From assembly GCA_945876285.1 (NCBI GenBank), contig CAMCNO010000009.1, forward strand, positions 1,875 to 65,874: a stretch of 64,000 bases of DNA, written 5' to 3'. The position numbers were made by a program, and so were the translations under genes. Positions 38,509 to 47,760 of the stretch are shown in pieces. This DNA is from an uncultured Clostridia bacterium. GTDB taxonomy: Bacteria; Bacillota; Clostridia; Oscillospirales; Oscillospiraceae. How positions within the stretch are numbered: the stretch's first letter is position 1; every line of letters starts with the position of its first letter. The notes under the pieces were generated by a model. The model saw only the letters and a list, made by a program, of their open reading frames with translations. It had not been told where the DNA came from and searched no databases.

Positions 38509-39693
38509 ATGAATAACTTTACATTCTATTCCCCCACCCTCTTTGCCTTCGGCGACGGCGAGGAGCAAAACACCGGTGCCCTGGTCCGCCGCTTCGGCGG
38601 TACGAAAGTCCTGCTGGTCTACGGCGGCGGCTCCGTGAAGAAAAACGGCGCCTACGATGCCGTCACTGCCGCCCTGGAAGCCGTAGGCCTCCCCTACATC
38701 GAGCTCTCCGGCATCCAGGCCAATCCCCGCAGCGGCAAGGTCTACGAGGGCATTGAGCTGGCCCGCCAGAACAGCTGTGACTTCATTCTGGCCCTGGGCG
38801 GCGGCAGCGTCATCGACACCGCCAAGGCCATCGGCTTCAGCGTGGGCTACGACGGCGACTTCTGGGACTTCTTCACCGGAAAGGCCAAAATCGAGGGCAC
38901 CCTCCCCGTGGGCGTGGTGCTGACCATCGCCGCCGCGGGCAGCGAGGGCAGCGACAGCTGCGTCATCACCCAGGAGCGGGGCAACCTGAAATGGGGCTGT
39001 CCCAAAACCGACCTCATCCGCCCCAAATTCTCGGTGCTGGACCCCCGGCTGACCTGCTCCCTCCCCGCCTACCAGACCGCCAGCGGCGCGGTGGATATGC
39101 TGGCTCACATCTGCGAGCGGTACTTCTCCAACACCCCTGACGTGGCCCTGACGGACCGGCTGTGCGAGGCCCTGCTGAAAACCATCGTGGAGGCCGCGCC
39201 CAAGGCCATCGCCGCCCCCGGCGACTACGCCCCCCGGGCCGACCTGATGTGGGCGGGGATGCTGGCACACAACAACTCCTGCGGCGTAGGCCGTGTCCAG
39301 GACTGGGCCAGCCACCAGATCGAGCACGAGCTGTCCGCTTTCTACGATTGCGCCCACGGCGCGGGCCTGGCGGTGGTGATGCCCGCCTGGATGGAGTACG
39401 TCTGTAACCACGACGTGATGCGCTTTGCCCGGTTCGCCGTCAATGTGTTCGGCTGTGAGATGGATTTCGCCCATCCTGAAAACACCGCCAAGGAGGGTAT
39501 CGCCCGCCTGCGGGAATTCTTCCGCGCCCTGGGGATGCCCACAACGCTTTCGGAAATCGGGGGCCGGGAGGAGGACATCCCTGCCATGGTGACCCACCGG
39601 GCGGAAAAGCCAAATGGCTTCCCCTTCGGCGGCTTCGTGAAGATCGGCCCCGAGGAAATGGAGTCCATTCTCCGGCTGACTGTCCGGGGATAA
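38509..39693 (+). CDS. Iron-containing alcohol (butanol-type) dehydrogenase
   Basis: YGGGS, ALGGGSVID, SHQIEHELSA, HGAGLA; RBS AGGAGG. Confidence 0.9.
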   Translation: MNNFTFYSPTLFAFGDGEEQNTGALVRRFGGTKVLLVYGGGSVKKNGAYDAVTAALEAVGLPYIELSGIQANPRSGKVYEGIELARQNSCDFILALGGGSVIDTAKAIGFSVGYDGDFWDFFTGKAKIEGTLPVGVVLTIAAAGSEGSDSCVITQERGNLKWGCPKTDLIRPKFSVLDPRLTCSLPAYQTASGAVDMLAHICERYFSNTPDVALTDRLCEALLKTIVEAAPKAIAAPGDYAPRADLMWAGMLAHNNSCGVGRVQDWASHQIEHELSAFYDCAHGAGLAVVMPAWMEYVCNHDVMRFARFAVNVFGCEMDFAHPENTAKEGIARLREFFRALGMPTTLSEIGGREEDIPAMVTHRAEKPNGFPFGGFVKIGPEEMESILRLTVRG

Positions 39694-39729
39694 CTCCAAT
39701 CCCATTTTGACAGGGAGAAGGCGCAGACA

Positions 39730-40476
39730 GTGGAAAAGAAAAGCCTGAACGGCAATCAGTTAAAGGTCATCGCCATGACGGCCATGACCATCGACCATGT
39801 GACCTGTGTCCTGTTCCCCGGCTATCTGAAGGTCTGGTGGATACTACTCCTGCACATCATCGGCAGGATGGCGGCGCCCATCTTCTGGTTCTTCGTGGCG
39901 GAGGGATACCACTACACCCATGACCGAAAACAGTATGCCGGCAGGCTGCTGGTTTTCGCCCTCGTCAGCCATTTCGCCTATAATTTCGCCTTCGGCATCC
40001 CGTTCATCCCCTTTAAGACCTCCGTGTTCAACCAGACCAGCGTACTCTGGCCCCTGTTCTGGGGCGTGGCGGCCCTGTCCATCGCCGACAGCCAGCGGCT
40101 GAAGCAGTGGCAGAAATTTCTTACGGTGGTCGCCATCACCGTGGTGACCTTCTGTGCGGACTGGAGCTGCATCGCCGTGCTGGCGATCCTGGAGATCGGA
40201 CAGCACCGGGGGAACTTCAAGCGGCAGATGGCGGGCATGATGTGCTGGGTGGCGCTCTACGCCGCCGTGTACGTCATCTTTATCGACCCGGTCTACGGCA
40301 TCCTCCAGCTTTTCACCGCCCTCACCATCCCCCTGCTGCACCGGTACAACGGCCAGCGGGGAAGCTGGAAGGGTATGAAGTGGCTGTTCTATGTCTACTA
40401 TCCCCTCCATCTGTTCCTCTGCGGCCTCATCCGCGTCGCCCTCCACGGAAATATCGGCGTGATGATCGGCGGCTGA
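39730..40476 (+). CDS. TraX-family membrane acyltransferase-like protein
   Basis: LKVIAMTAMTIDH, IGRMAAPIF..EGYHYT, YNGQRG, FYVYYPLHL. Confidence 0.82.
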   Translation: MEKKSLNGNQLKVIAMTAMTIDHVTCVLFPGYLKVWWILLLHIIGRMAAPIFWFFVAEGYHYTHDRKQYAGRLLVFALVSHFAYNFAFGIPFIPFKTSVFNQTSVLWPLFWGVAALSIADSQRLKQWQKFLTVVAITVVTFCADWSCIAVLAILEIGQHRGNFKRQMAGMMCWVALYAAVYVIFIDPVYGILQLFTALTIPLLHRYNGQRGSWKGMKWLFYVYYPLHLFLCGLIRVALHGNIGVMIGG

Positions 40477-40477
40477 A

Positions 40478-40509
40478 AACGCAAAAAAGCGGCCCCTTTC
40501 GGGACCGCC
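40478..40509 (-). terminator. Terminator oriented for the minus-strand small peptide gene
   Basis: Minus strand GCGGTCCC-GAAA-GGGGCCGC followed by TTTTTTGCGTTTT; no U-run on the plus side. Confidence 0.7.
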
Positions 40510-40526
40510 TTGGAATCACGCCAGCA

Positions 40527-40586
40527 TTATCGATTGAGATACATGGCGCCGCCCAGAACGACGATGGAAAGCAGAGCGTAGAACAT
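40527..40586 (-). CDS. Putative 19-aa hydrophobic peptide MFYALLSIVVLGGAMYLNR
   Basis: RBS AAGGAGGTG just upstream; extended -10 TGGTATCAT at about 40629-40621; terminator downstream. Confidence 0.6.
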   Translation of the reverse strand: MFYALLSIVVLGGAMYLNR

Positions 40587-40842
40587 TTGGGGCACCTCCT
40601 TCTTTCTTGATGTTGGCTACATGATACCACGTCTTTTCTTCAAAGACATTCAATATCTTGCCGGGTTTTCGACAGTTTTATCGTTGTCAGTTTCGCTAAA
40701 AATAGTGTCTGTTTTTGTTGAAACCGCTTGATTTACAAGGGGTTCACCGGCTGCCAACCTGACAGGCGCGGCAGCTGTGACCCACCGGAAAGTTTTATAA
40801 TATCTTGCTGTCCCCACCCGGACGGCCCAGGGAGGACCGCTT

Positions 40843-41724
40843 ATGCAGGACCCGCAGCTCCAATGCCTTGTCAAACGAAATTATCAGCCCGCCTTCACGT
40901 CGGAGACCATGCCCCGGCTGCTGTACGTCAGCCGCCGCCCGCCCACCCAGGAGGCCCATCCCCGGCTGCTCCACGCCCACCCGGACTTTGTGGAGGTGCT
41001 GCTCATCGACGAGGGCAGCGCCCGCTTCCTCATCGGAGACAACGTCTATGAGGTCCGCTCCGGAGACCTGCTGGTATTCAACAGCGGCGTGGTCCACGAC
41101 GAGCTAAGTGACAGTCCCTTTGGCAGCTGGTGCATCGCCGTGGGCGGCCTGCGGCTGCCGGGATTGCGGGAAAACACCCTCATTCCGGAGGACGCCTCCC
41201 CGGTCTACTCCACGGGGGCGGAGGGGACGGACCTCCGGGCGCTGTACGACGTGATGTTCCGCTACCTCTCCAACGACCGGCCGGACTGCGAGGTGTTCTG
41301 CCACCGCCTGATGCTGGCCCTGCTGGACCGGGCGCTGACCATCACCGGCTCCACCTCCCTGCGGGTACCCGCCAATCCGGAGCCGTCCTCTCTGGCCCAC
41401 CAGGTCCAGGAGTTCATCGACCAGCACTTCCGGGAGCCCCTGACCCTCCAGGAGCTGGGGGAAGCCCTCCATGCCAGCCCCTATTACCTCTCCCATGTAT
41501 TCAAGGAGGCCAGCGGCTACTCTCCCATGCAGTACCTGACCCGCCGCCGCATCGGCGAGGCCCAGAACCTGCTGGTGGAGACCGACCTGCCCATCGCCCG
41601 CATCGCCGAGGAGGTGGGCTACGACACCCAGAACTATTTCAACCTCCAGTTCTCCAAGCACGTGGGGATGCCGCCGCGAAAGTTCCGGCAGTCCCTCCAC
41701 TCCGCCCCGGAGCGAGATGAGTAA
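40843..41724 (+). CDS. AraC-family regulator (cupin + HTH)
   Basis: HAHPDF..E cupin; YLSHVFKE, EEVGYDTQNYF..FSKHVGMPP. Confidence 0.9.
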   Translation: MQDPQLQCLVKRNYQPAFTSETMPRLLYVSRRPPTQEAHPRLLHAHPDFVEVLLIDEGSARFLIGDNVYEVRSGDLLVFNSGVVHDELSDSPFGSWCIAVGGLRLPGLRENTLIPEDASPVYSTGAEGTDLRALYDVMFRYLSNDRPDCEVFCHRLMLALLDRALTITGSTSLRVPANPEPSSLAHQVQEFIDQHFREPLTLQELGEALHASPYYLSHVFKEASGYSPMQYLTRRRIGEAQNLLVETDLPIARIAEEVGYDTQNYFNLQFSKHVGMPPRKFRQSLHSAPERDE

Positions 41725-41771
41725 AAACAACGGGACGCCTTTCGGCGTCCCGTTCCATATCTCAAAGGGTA

Positions 41772-43142
41772 TTATTCCCGGATGCCCATGGTCTCCCACT
41801 TGTGGCCGTGGAACCGGGGCAGGAAGAAAGACACCCGCAATGCCCAGTCGGCGAACATCGCCATCCAGATGCCCAGCACGCCGAAGCCCCAGTACCGGCC
41901 CAGCAGAACACCCAGGCCCACCCGCAGCGTCCACATGGACACGGTGGAGACCACCATGGTGAACCGGGTGTCGCCCGCGGCCCGGAGGGCCTGGGGCAGA
42001 GTGAAGGAGGCGGGCCACAGGACGCAGCCCACAATGCCGTGCATCCAGATGATCTGCCGGGCGTACTCCGCCGCCTGGGCGGAGACGCTGTACAGCCGCA
42101 TGATGAGGGGCAGCAGCACCAGCACCAGGGTGATGGTGCCCCACATATAGAAGTACGCGGACTTCAGCAGTTTTTTTGCGTAATACCTGGCTTTTTCGTA
42201 ATTGCCCGCACCGACGCACCGGGACACCACCGTCACCATGGCGAGACTCAGGGCGTTGCCGGGGACGCACTGGAACGTGCAGACTGTGTTGCCGATGGCG
42301 TTGGCCGCCACAGAGGCGGTGCCCAGCACGGATACTGTGGACAGCAGCAGGATCTTGCCCAGCTGGAACATACTGCTCTCCAAGCCGTTGGGCACGCCGA
42401 AGCGCAGGATATGCTTCACCACATAGCGGTCATGGCGGAAGCTGAACTTTTCAATGCGCAGGGGCAGGCCGGGGCGTTTCAGCAGGACGATCATCGCCGC
42501 GGCCGCCACCAGCCGGGAGACCAGGGTGGGGATGGCGACGCCCTCCACGCCCATGTGAAGGCCGAAAATCAAAAGGGCGTTGCCCGCCACGTTAATGAGA
42601 TTCATGAGCGCTGAGACCCACATGGAGATTTTGGAGTTGCCCATGACCCGGAACAGCGCCGCCCCGGCGCTGTACAGTGCCAGGAAAGGGATGGACGATT
42701 CCACGATAATGTAATAGGTATTGGCGTAGGCCGCCACGTCCGGCTCCACCTGGCCGAACACCACGCCCAGCACGAAGTTCTTGCCCAGATAGAACAGCAC
42801 CATGATGATGAGAGACGCCTCCCCCATGAACAGCAGGAGCTGCTGGCCGGAGTGTCCGGCTTTTTCCGGCTCCCGGCGGCCCAGATACTGGCCCGCGATG
42901 ACGGCGCCGCCGGTAGCCAGCGCCGAAAAGGCATTGACCAGCAGGACGTTCACCGTATCCACCAGGCTGACGGCGGAGATGGCCGCCTCGCCCACCTGGG
43001 AGACCATGACAGAGTCGAACAGGCCCACGGTGATGGCCAACAGCTGCTCGATGACCAGCGGCACGATGAGCCGCCGCAGGTCCTCCCTGGTGAATTCAAT
43101 ATTGATCCTTCGGACCTGGGGAAGGGTTTCCTTGGTTTCCAT
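41772..43142 (-). CDS. MATE family transporter
   Basis: DSVMVSQVGE, about 12 TM, LRAAGDT. Confidence 0.88.
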   Translation of the reverse strand: METKETLPQVRRINIEFTREDLRRLIVPLVIEQLLAITVGLFDSVMVSQVGEAAISAVSLVDTVNVLLVNAFSALATGGAVIAGQYLGRREPEKAGHSGQQLLLFMGEASLIIMVLFYLGKNFVLGVVFGQVEPDVAAYANTYYIIVESSIPFLALYSAGAALFRVMGNSKISMWVSALMNLINVAGNALLIFGLHMGVEGVAIPTLVSRLVAAAAMIVLLKRPGLPLRIEKFSFRHDRYVVKHILRFGVPNGLESSMFQLGKILLLSTVSVLGTASVAANAIGNTVCTFQCVPGNALSLAMVTVVSRCVGAGNYEKARYYAKKLLKSAYFYMWGTITLVLVLLPLIMRLYSVSAQAAEYARQIIWMHGIVGCVLWPASFTLPQALRAAGDTRFTMVVSTVSMWTLRVGLGVLLGRYWGFGVLGIWMAMFADWALRVSFFLPRFHGHKWETMGIRE

Positions 43143-43170
43143 GGGATGATACTTCCTTCTTTCGTTTTGT

Positions 43171-44019
43171 TCAGCGGAATTCCCGGGGGCTCATGTGGAA
43201 CGTGTTCTGGAACGCCCGCAGGAAGGTGGAATACTCGGAAAAGCCCGCCTGCTCCGCCGCTTTCATCACCGGGACGCCCTGCCGGATCAGCTCCCCCGCC
43301 AGCAGCAGCCGCTTCTGGCTGATATACTGGTGGACGGTGTAGCCCGTGACGGCCTTGAAGCGGTGCATCAGATAGTACCGGCTCAGGTAGAACCGCTTGG
43401 ACAGGCTGTCCACCGACAGGTCCTCGTCCAGGTGGTGGACGATATACTGCAGAATCTCCTCCATCTTCGGGTCCACCCGGTAGCTGTCGGGCGCCTCCGC
43501 GGCGGTGCAGCTTGCCAGAATGTCCCGGTTCACGTCGATGAGAAGCTGCTGGCACAGGGTATCCGCCAGCCGGGCGGCGCCGAATTCCTTGGAGTGGAGG
43601 GCCTCCTCCAGCCGCTGGATGGTCTGCATATACCGCAGGCGCCGGGCGCCGTCCGTCCGCAGGAGGTGGAAGCCCCGCTCCCGGGCGGTGTCAAAGCAGG
43701 TATCCAGCCTCTCGCCGGGGTCGCTGCGCTCCGACAGCCATGTCCGGTCCAGCCACAGCACCACCCGCTCATAAGGCTCCGCCGGGTCGATGATGGGCTT
43801 GTGGATGAGGCTGTGCTGCACCAGCAGCACGTCCCAGGGCTGGAGGAAATACGTGACGCCCTCCACCACATAGGTGACCTTGCCGCCCAGGGCCAAGATC
43901 AGCTTGTCGAACTCGTGGTAGTGATAATCCAGCTTCTGGGCCCGGGTATCCTTCAGATGGAACAGGCGGAAGCCCTCGTTCAGATATCCCCGCTTACCGA
44001 CCTCGCTGACATCCAGCAT
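43171..44019 (-). CDS. AraC-family regulator
   Basis: HYHEF cupin; LSRYYLMHRFK, GFSEYSTFLRAF. Confidence 0.9.
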   Translation of the reverse strand: MLDVSEVGKRGYLNEGFRLFHLKDTRAQKLDYHYHEFDKLILALGGKVTYVVEGVTYFLQPWDVLLVQHSLIHKPIIDPAEPYERVVLWLDRTWLSERSDPGERLDTCFDTARERGFHLLRTDGARRLRYMQTIQRLEEALHSKEFGAARLADTLCQQLLIDVNRDILASCTAAEAPDSYRVDPKMEEILQYIVHHLDEDLSVDSLSKRFYLSRYYLMHRFKAVTGYTVHQYISQKRLLLAGELIRQGVPVMKAAEQAGFSEYSTFLRAFQNTFHMSPREFR

Positions 44020-44195
44020 GGCATTCCCCCCTCTCCTTTTCAGCCGGCTTATCTTACCGCACATTTTACCATTTTACAATCTGAATTACACACAAAACCC
44101 TGAAAATATTTCGACGTTCTTTGTCGAAAAGGCTGTGGAATTCGGACTTCATATCTGCTATACTACCATTGACAAGAAAAAAGGAGGCTGCCGCC

Positions 44196-45026
44196 ATGAG
44201 CTATGCCGATATCCGTTTCATTGAGAATTGCCGGGATATTCTGGAAAACGGCGTCTGGGACACCGACCGGGAAGTCCGCCCCCACTGGGAGGACGGCACC
44301 CCCGCCCACACCGTTAAGAAATTCGGCATCGTGAACCGCTACGACCTGCAAAAGGAGTTCCCCATCCTGACCCTGCGGCGGACCTACTGGAAAACCGCGG
44401 TGGACGAGCTGCTGTGGATCTGGCAGAAGAAGTCCAACAACGTCCATGACCTCAACGCCAAGATCTGGGACGAGTGGGCCGACGAGACCGGCTCCATCGG
44501 CAAGGCTTACGGCTATCAGCTCTCCGTGAAGCACCACTACCCCGAGGGGGACATGGACCAGGTGGACCGGGTGCTGTACGACCTGAAGCACAATCCCGCC
44601 TCCCGCCGCATCATGACCAACATCTACAACTTCGCGGACCTCAGCGAGATGCACCTGTACCCCTGCGCCTACTCCATGACCTTCAACGTCTCTGGCAATG
44701 TCCTCAACGCCATTTTGAACCAGCGGAGCCAGGACATGCTGGCGGCCAACAACTGGAACGTGGTGCAGTACGCCGTGCTGGTGCATATGATGGCCCAGGT
44801 CAGCGGCCTGGTGCCTGGTGAGCTGGTCCACGTCATTGCCGACGCCCACATCTACGACCGCCATGTGCCCATCGTGGAAAAGATGCTCTCCGCCCCCCAG
44901 TCCCCCGCGCCGAAGTTCACCGTGGACCCCGCTGTGACGGATTTCTACGCCTTTACCCGGGACAGCTTCAAGCTGGAGGGCTACACTCCCGCGCCCTTTG
45001 AAGATCAAATTCCCATTGCCATCTGA
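44196..45026 (+). CDS. thyA: Thymidylate synthase
   Basis: DELLW, IGKAYG, SRRI, YPC catalytic Cys, QRSQD, HIYDRH; RBS AAAGGAGG. Confidence 0.95.
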   Translation: MSYADIRFIENCRDILENGVWDTDREVRPHWEDGTPAHTVKKFGIVNRYDLQKEFPILTLRRTYWKTAVDELLWIWQKKSNNVHDLNAKIWDEWADETGSIGKAYGYQLSVKHHYPEGDMDQVDRVLYDLKHNPASRRIMTNIYNFADLSEMHLYPCAYSMTFNVSGNVLNAILNQRSQDMLAANNWNVVQYAVLVHMMAQVSGLVPGELVHVIADAHIYDRHVPIVEKMLSAPQSPAPKFTVDPAVTDFYAFTRDSFKLEGYTPAPFEDQIPIAI

Positions 45027-45037
45027 GGTGAATCGCT

Positions 45038-45535
45038 ATGAATGCCATCGTAGTCGTTGATAAAAACTGGGCCATTGGCCGGGAGGGCGGGCTGCTGTTC
45101 TCCCTGCCCACGGATATGAAGCGCTTCCGCTCCCTGACGCTGGACGGGACGGTCATTCTGGGCCGCAAGACCCTGGATTCCTTCCCCGGCGGCAGACCCC
45201 TGCCCCGGCGGCGGAACATCGTCATCACCCGGAACGTGGATTTTGACCGGGAGGGCAGCGAGATCGTGGCAAGCCCCCAGGCCGCCCTGGAGCTGACAGC
45301 CGGGACCGAGGACGACAAGCTGTGGATCATCGGCGGCGGCAGCGTATACGCCGCCCTGCTGAGCCGCTGCAAGCGGGCCTACCTCACGAAGGTGGACGCT
45401 GCCGCCGAGGGCGCCGACACCTTCTTCCCCAACCTGGACAAGCTGCCGGGCTGGGAGATTGAAGCCGTCAGTGAGCCGGTGACGGAGAATGGTGTTACCT
45501 ACCGGTTCGTGGATTACATCAACACAAAGATTTAA
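45038..45535 (+). CDS. folA: Dihydrofolate reductase
   Basis: AIG, DMKRF, GRKT, PLPRRRNIVIT, IIGGGSVY, ADTFFP. Confidence 0.93.
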   Translation: MNAIVVVDKNWAIGREGGLLFSLPTDMKRFRSLTLDGTVILGRKTLDSFPGGRPLPRRRNIVITRNVDFDREGSEIVASPQAALELTAGTEDDKLWIIGGGSVYAALLSRCKRAYLTKVDAAAEGADTFFPNLDKLPGWEIEAVSEPVTENGVTYRFVDYINTKI

Positions 45536-45546
45536 AACATCAGTCA

Positions 45547-45582
45547 AAACAGTGCCCGCCGTAATTCCGGCGGGCACTGTTT
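45547..45582 (+). terminator. thyA-folA terminator
   Basis: AAACAGTGCCCGCCG-TAATTC-CGGCGGGCACTGTTT. Confidence 0.75.
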
Positions 45583-45683
45583 ATATCAACTGAGGCACGA
45601 AGTTTTCCATTTCGCCGCAAGGACTTTTCAAAATGTTCCAAAATGATTATAATAGTCTTATCTTTTGGGAAAGGGGGGACCTT

Positions 45684-47732
45684 ATGGCGGACCTGAACAC
45701 CGACGTGCGCTATATCAAGGGCATCGGCGAACAGCGGGCGAAGGCCCTGGAAAAGCTGGGTATCACCGACCTCCGGGGGCTCATCTCCTGGTTCCCCCGG
45801 CGGTATGACGACCGCACCCAGGCAAAGAAAATTTCCGAGCTGATTCCCGGCGAGAGCGCCTGCGTGGCGGCCATGATCGCGTCGCCCCCCACTGTGTCTC
45901 ACATCCGCAAGGGGATGGACCTCGTCAAAGTACGGGCAGTGGACGACACCGGCGTGCTGGACGTGACCTTCTTCAACCAGACGTGGCTGAAAAACAATCT
46001 GGTCCAGGGGGAGACGTACATCTTCTACGGCAAGGCCGAGGGGAACCTTCTCCGCAAAACCATGGCCTCCCCCATCGTGGAGGCCGAGGGCCGGCGGGAG
46101 TTCACGGGCCGCATCGTGCCCATCTATCCCCTGACGGCGGGGGTCAGCCAGCTCATATTGTCCCGGTCCATCCGGCAAGGATTGGACGCCTGTGCGGACA
46201 TTTTGCCGGATGTGCTGCCCGACAGCGTGCGGCAGGAGCATCACCTCTGCCGCATCGAATACGCCTACGAGAACATCCACTTCCCGGAAAGCCCGGAGGC
46301 CCTGGACCTGGCCCGGCGGCGGCTGGCCTTTGAGGAGCTGTTTCTGTTCACCATCGGCCTGCAGCGGCTGCGGAATCGCCGGGAGACCGTCCATGTGCCG
46401 CCCTGCCATGACGTGGACATGGGGGCTTTTTATGATTCCCTGCCCTTTACCCTGACGGACGCCCAGCGGCGGTGCGTGGAGGAGGCCCTGGCGGATATGC
46501 GCTCCGGGGCGCCCATGAACCGGCTGTGCCAGGGCGACGTCGGCTCCGGCAAGACCATGGTGGCCGCTGCCTGCGTGTACTTCTGCGTGAAAAACGGCCG
46601 TCAGGCGGCGCTGATGGCCCCTACGGAAATTCTGGCAAAGCAGCACTACGCGGGCCTTGCCCCCCTTTTGGAGAACTTAGGCATCCGGTGCGCATTGCTG
46701 ACCGGCTCCACCCCGGCGAAAACGAAGCGCTCCATCGCGGAGCAACTGACGGCGGGGGAGATCGACTTTGCCATCGGTACCCACGCCCTCATCACCGAGG
46801 GCATCGCCTACCGTGACCTGGGGCTGGTGGTCACCGACGAACAGCACCGCTTCGGTGTCGGACAGCGGGCGGCGCTGGCTGCCAAGGGGGAGCATCCCCA
46901 CACCCTGGTCATGTCCGCCACGCCCATCCCCCGGACGCTGGCCCTGATCCTGTACGGTGACCTGGAGGTCTCCGTCATCGACCAGCTTCCCCCCGGGCGG
47001 CAGCCGGTGGAGACCTACGCCGTCCCCGGCAGCTACCACCAGCGGGTGTACAACTTCATCCGCAAGCTGGCGGCGGAGGGGCGGCAGACCTACATCGTCT
47101 GCCCGATGGTCAGCGAAAACGATGAACTTCCTGACGAGCGAAAAGCCGTCACGGAGTACGCCAAAAAATTGCAGGCCGAGGTATTCCCCGACCTGAAAGT
47201 GGCCTTCGTCCACGGCAAGATGAAGGCCAAGGAGAAGGACGCGGTGATGACGGCCTTCGCCGCCCACGAGACGGACATTCTGGTGTCCACCACGGTCATC
47301 GAGGTAGGCGTGGACGTGCCCAACGCCGCCGTCATGGTCATCGAGAACGCGGAGCGGTTCGGCCTTTCCCAGCTCCACCAGCTCCGGGGCCGGGTGGGCC
47401 GAGGGAAGCATCAGTCCTACTGCATCCTCATCTCCGACAACCAGAACGAGGAGACCCGCCAGCGGCTGAAGGTCATGACAAAGACCACCGACGGCTTCAA
47501 AATCGCGGAGGAGGACCTGCGGCTGCGGGGCCCCGGCGACTTCTTCGGCCAGCGGCAGCACGGCCTGCCGGGGCTGAAAATCGCGGACATCGGCTGCGAC
47601 ACCCAGCTTTTGCAGGAGGCCCGGCAGGCGGCGGAAACCCTGCTGGCCCAGGACCCGGACCTTACCTCCTGCCCCGCCGCGGCGGAGCGGCTAGCGGAGC
47701 TGTTCACCCAGGCGGCGGACACCCTGAATTGA
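45684..47732 (+). CDS. recG: ATP-dependent DNA helicase RecG
   Basis: QGDVGSGKT, DEQHRFG, SATPIPRT, QLRGRVGRG, DLRLRGPG. Confidence 0.96.
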   Translation: MADLNTDVRYIKGIGEQRAKALEKLGITDLRGLISWFPRRYDDRTQAKKISELIPGESACVAAMIASPPTVSHIRKGMDLVKVRAVDDTGVLDVTFFNQTWLKNNLVQGETYIFYGKAEGNLLRKTMASPIVEAEGRREFTGRIVPIYPLTAGVSQLILSRSIRQGLDACADILPDVLPDSVRQEHHLCRIEYAYENIHFPESPEALDLARRRLAFEELFLFTIGLQRLRNRRETVHVPPCHDVDMGAFYDSLPFTLTDAQRRCVEEALADMRSGAPMNRLCQGDVGSGKTMVAAACVYFCVKNGRQAALMAPTEILAKQHYAGLAPLLENLGIRCALLTGSTPAKTKRSIAEQLTAGEIDFAIGTHALITEGIAYRDLGLVVTDEQHRFGVGQRAALAAKGEHPHTLVMSATPIPRTLALILYGDLEVSVIDQLPPGRQPVETYAVPGSYHQRVYNFIRKLAAEGRQTYIVCPMVSENDELPDERKAVTEYAKKLQAEVFPDLKVAFVHGKMKAKEKDAVMTAFAAHETDILVSTTVIEVGVDVPNAAVMVIENAERFGLSQLHQLRGRVGRGKHQSYCILISDNQNEETRQRLKVMTKTTDGFKIAEEDLRLRGPGDFFGQRQHGLPGLKIADIGCDTQLLQEARQAAETLLAQDPDLTSCPAAAERLAELFTQAADTLN

Positions 47733-47760
47733 CAAATCGAAAAAGGAAGGTAACTCTGTC

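Noticed and set aside
39730-40476. traX as the marker of a conjugative element
   Set aside because: No other tra, relaxase or integrase genes; host-like composition; orphan TraX-family genes are common on Firmicutes chromosomes.
44110-44128. Spo0A boxes (TGTCGAA) upstream of thyA, also near 34044 and 40668
   Set aside because: A 7-mer is too short to support without conservation data.
45613-45639. Third GGAACATTTT motif upstream of recG
   Set aside because: Points away from recG into the folA terminator and is followed by CGG rather than CGT; likely chance.
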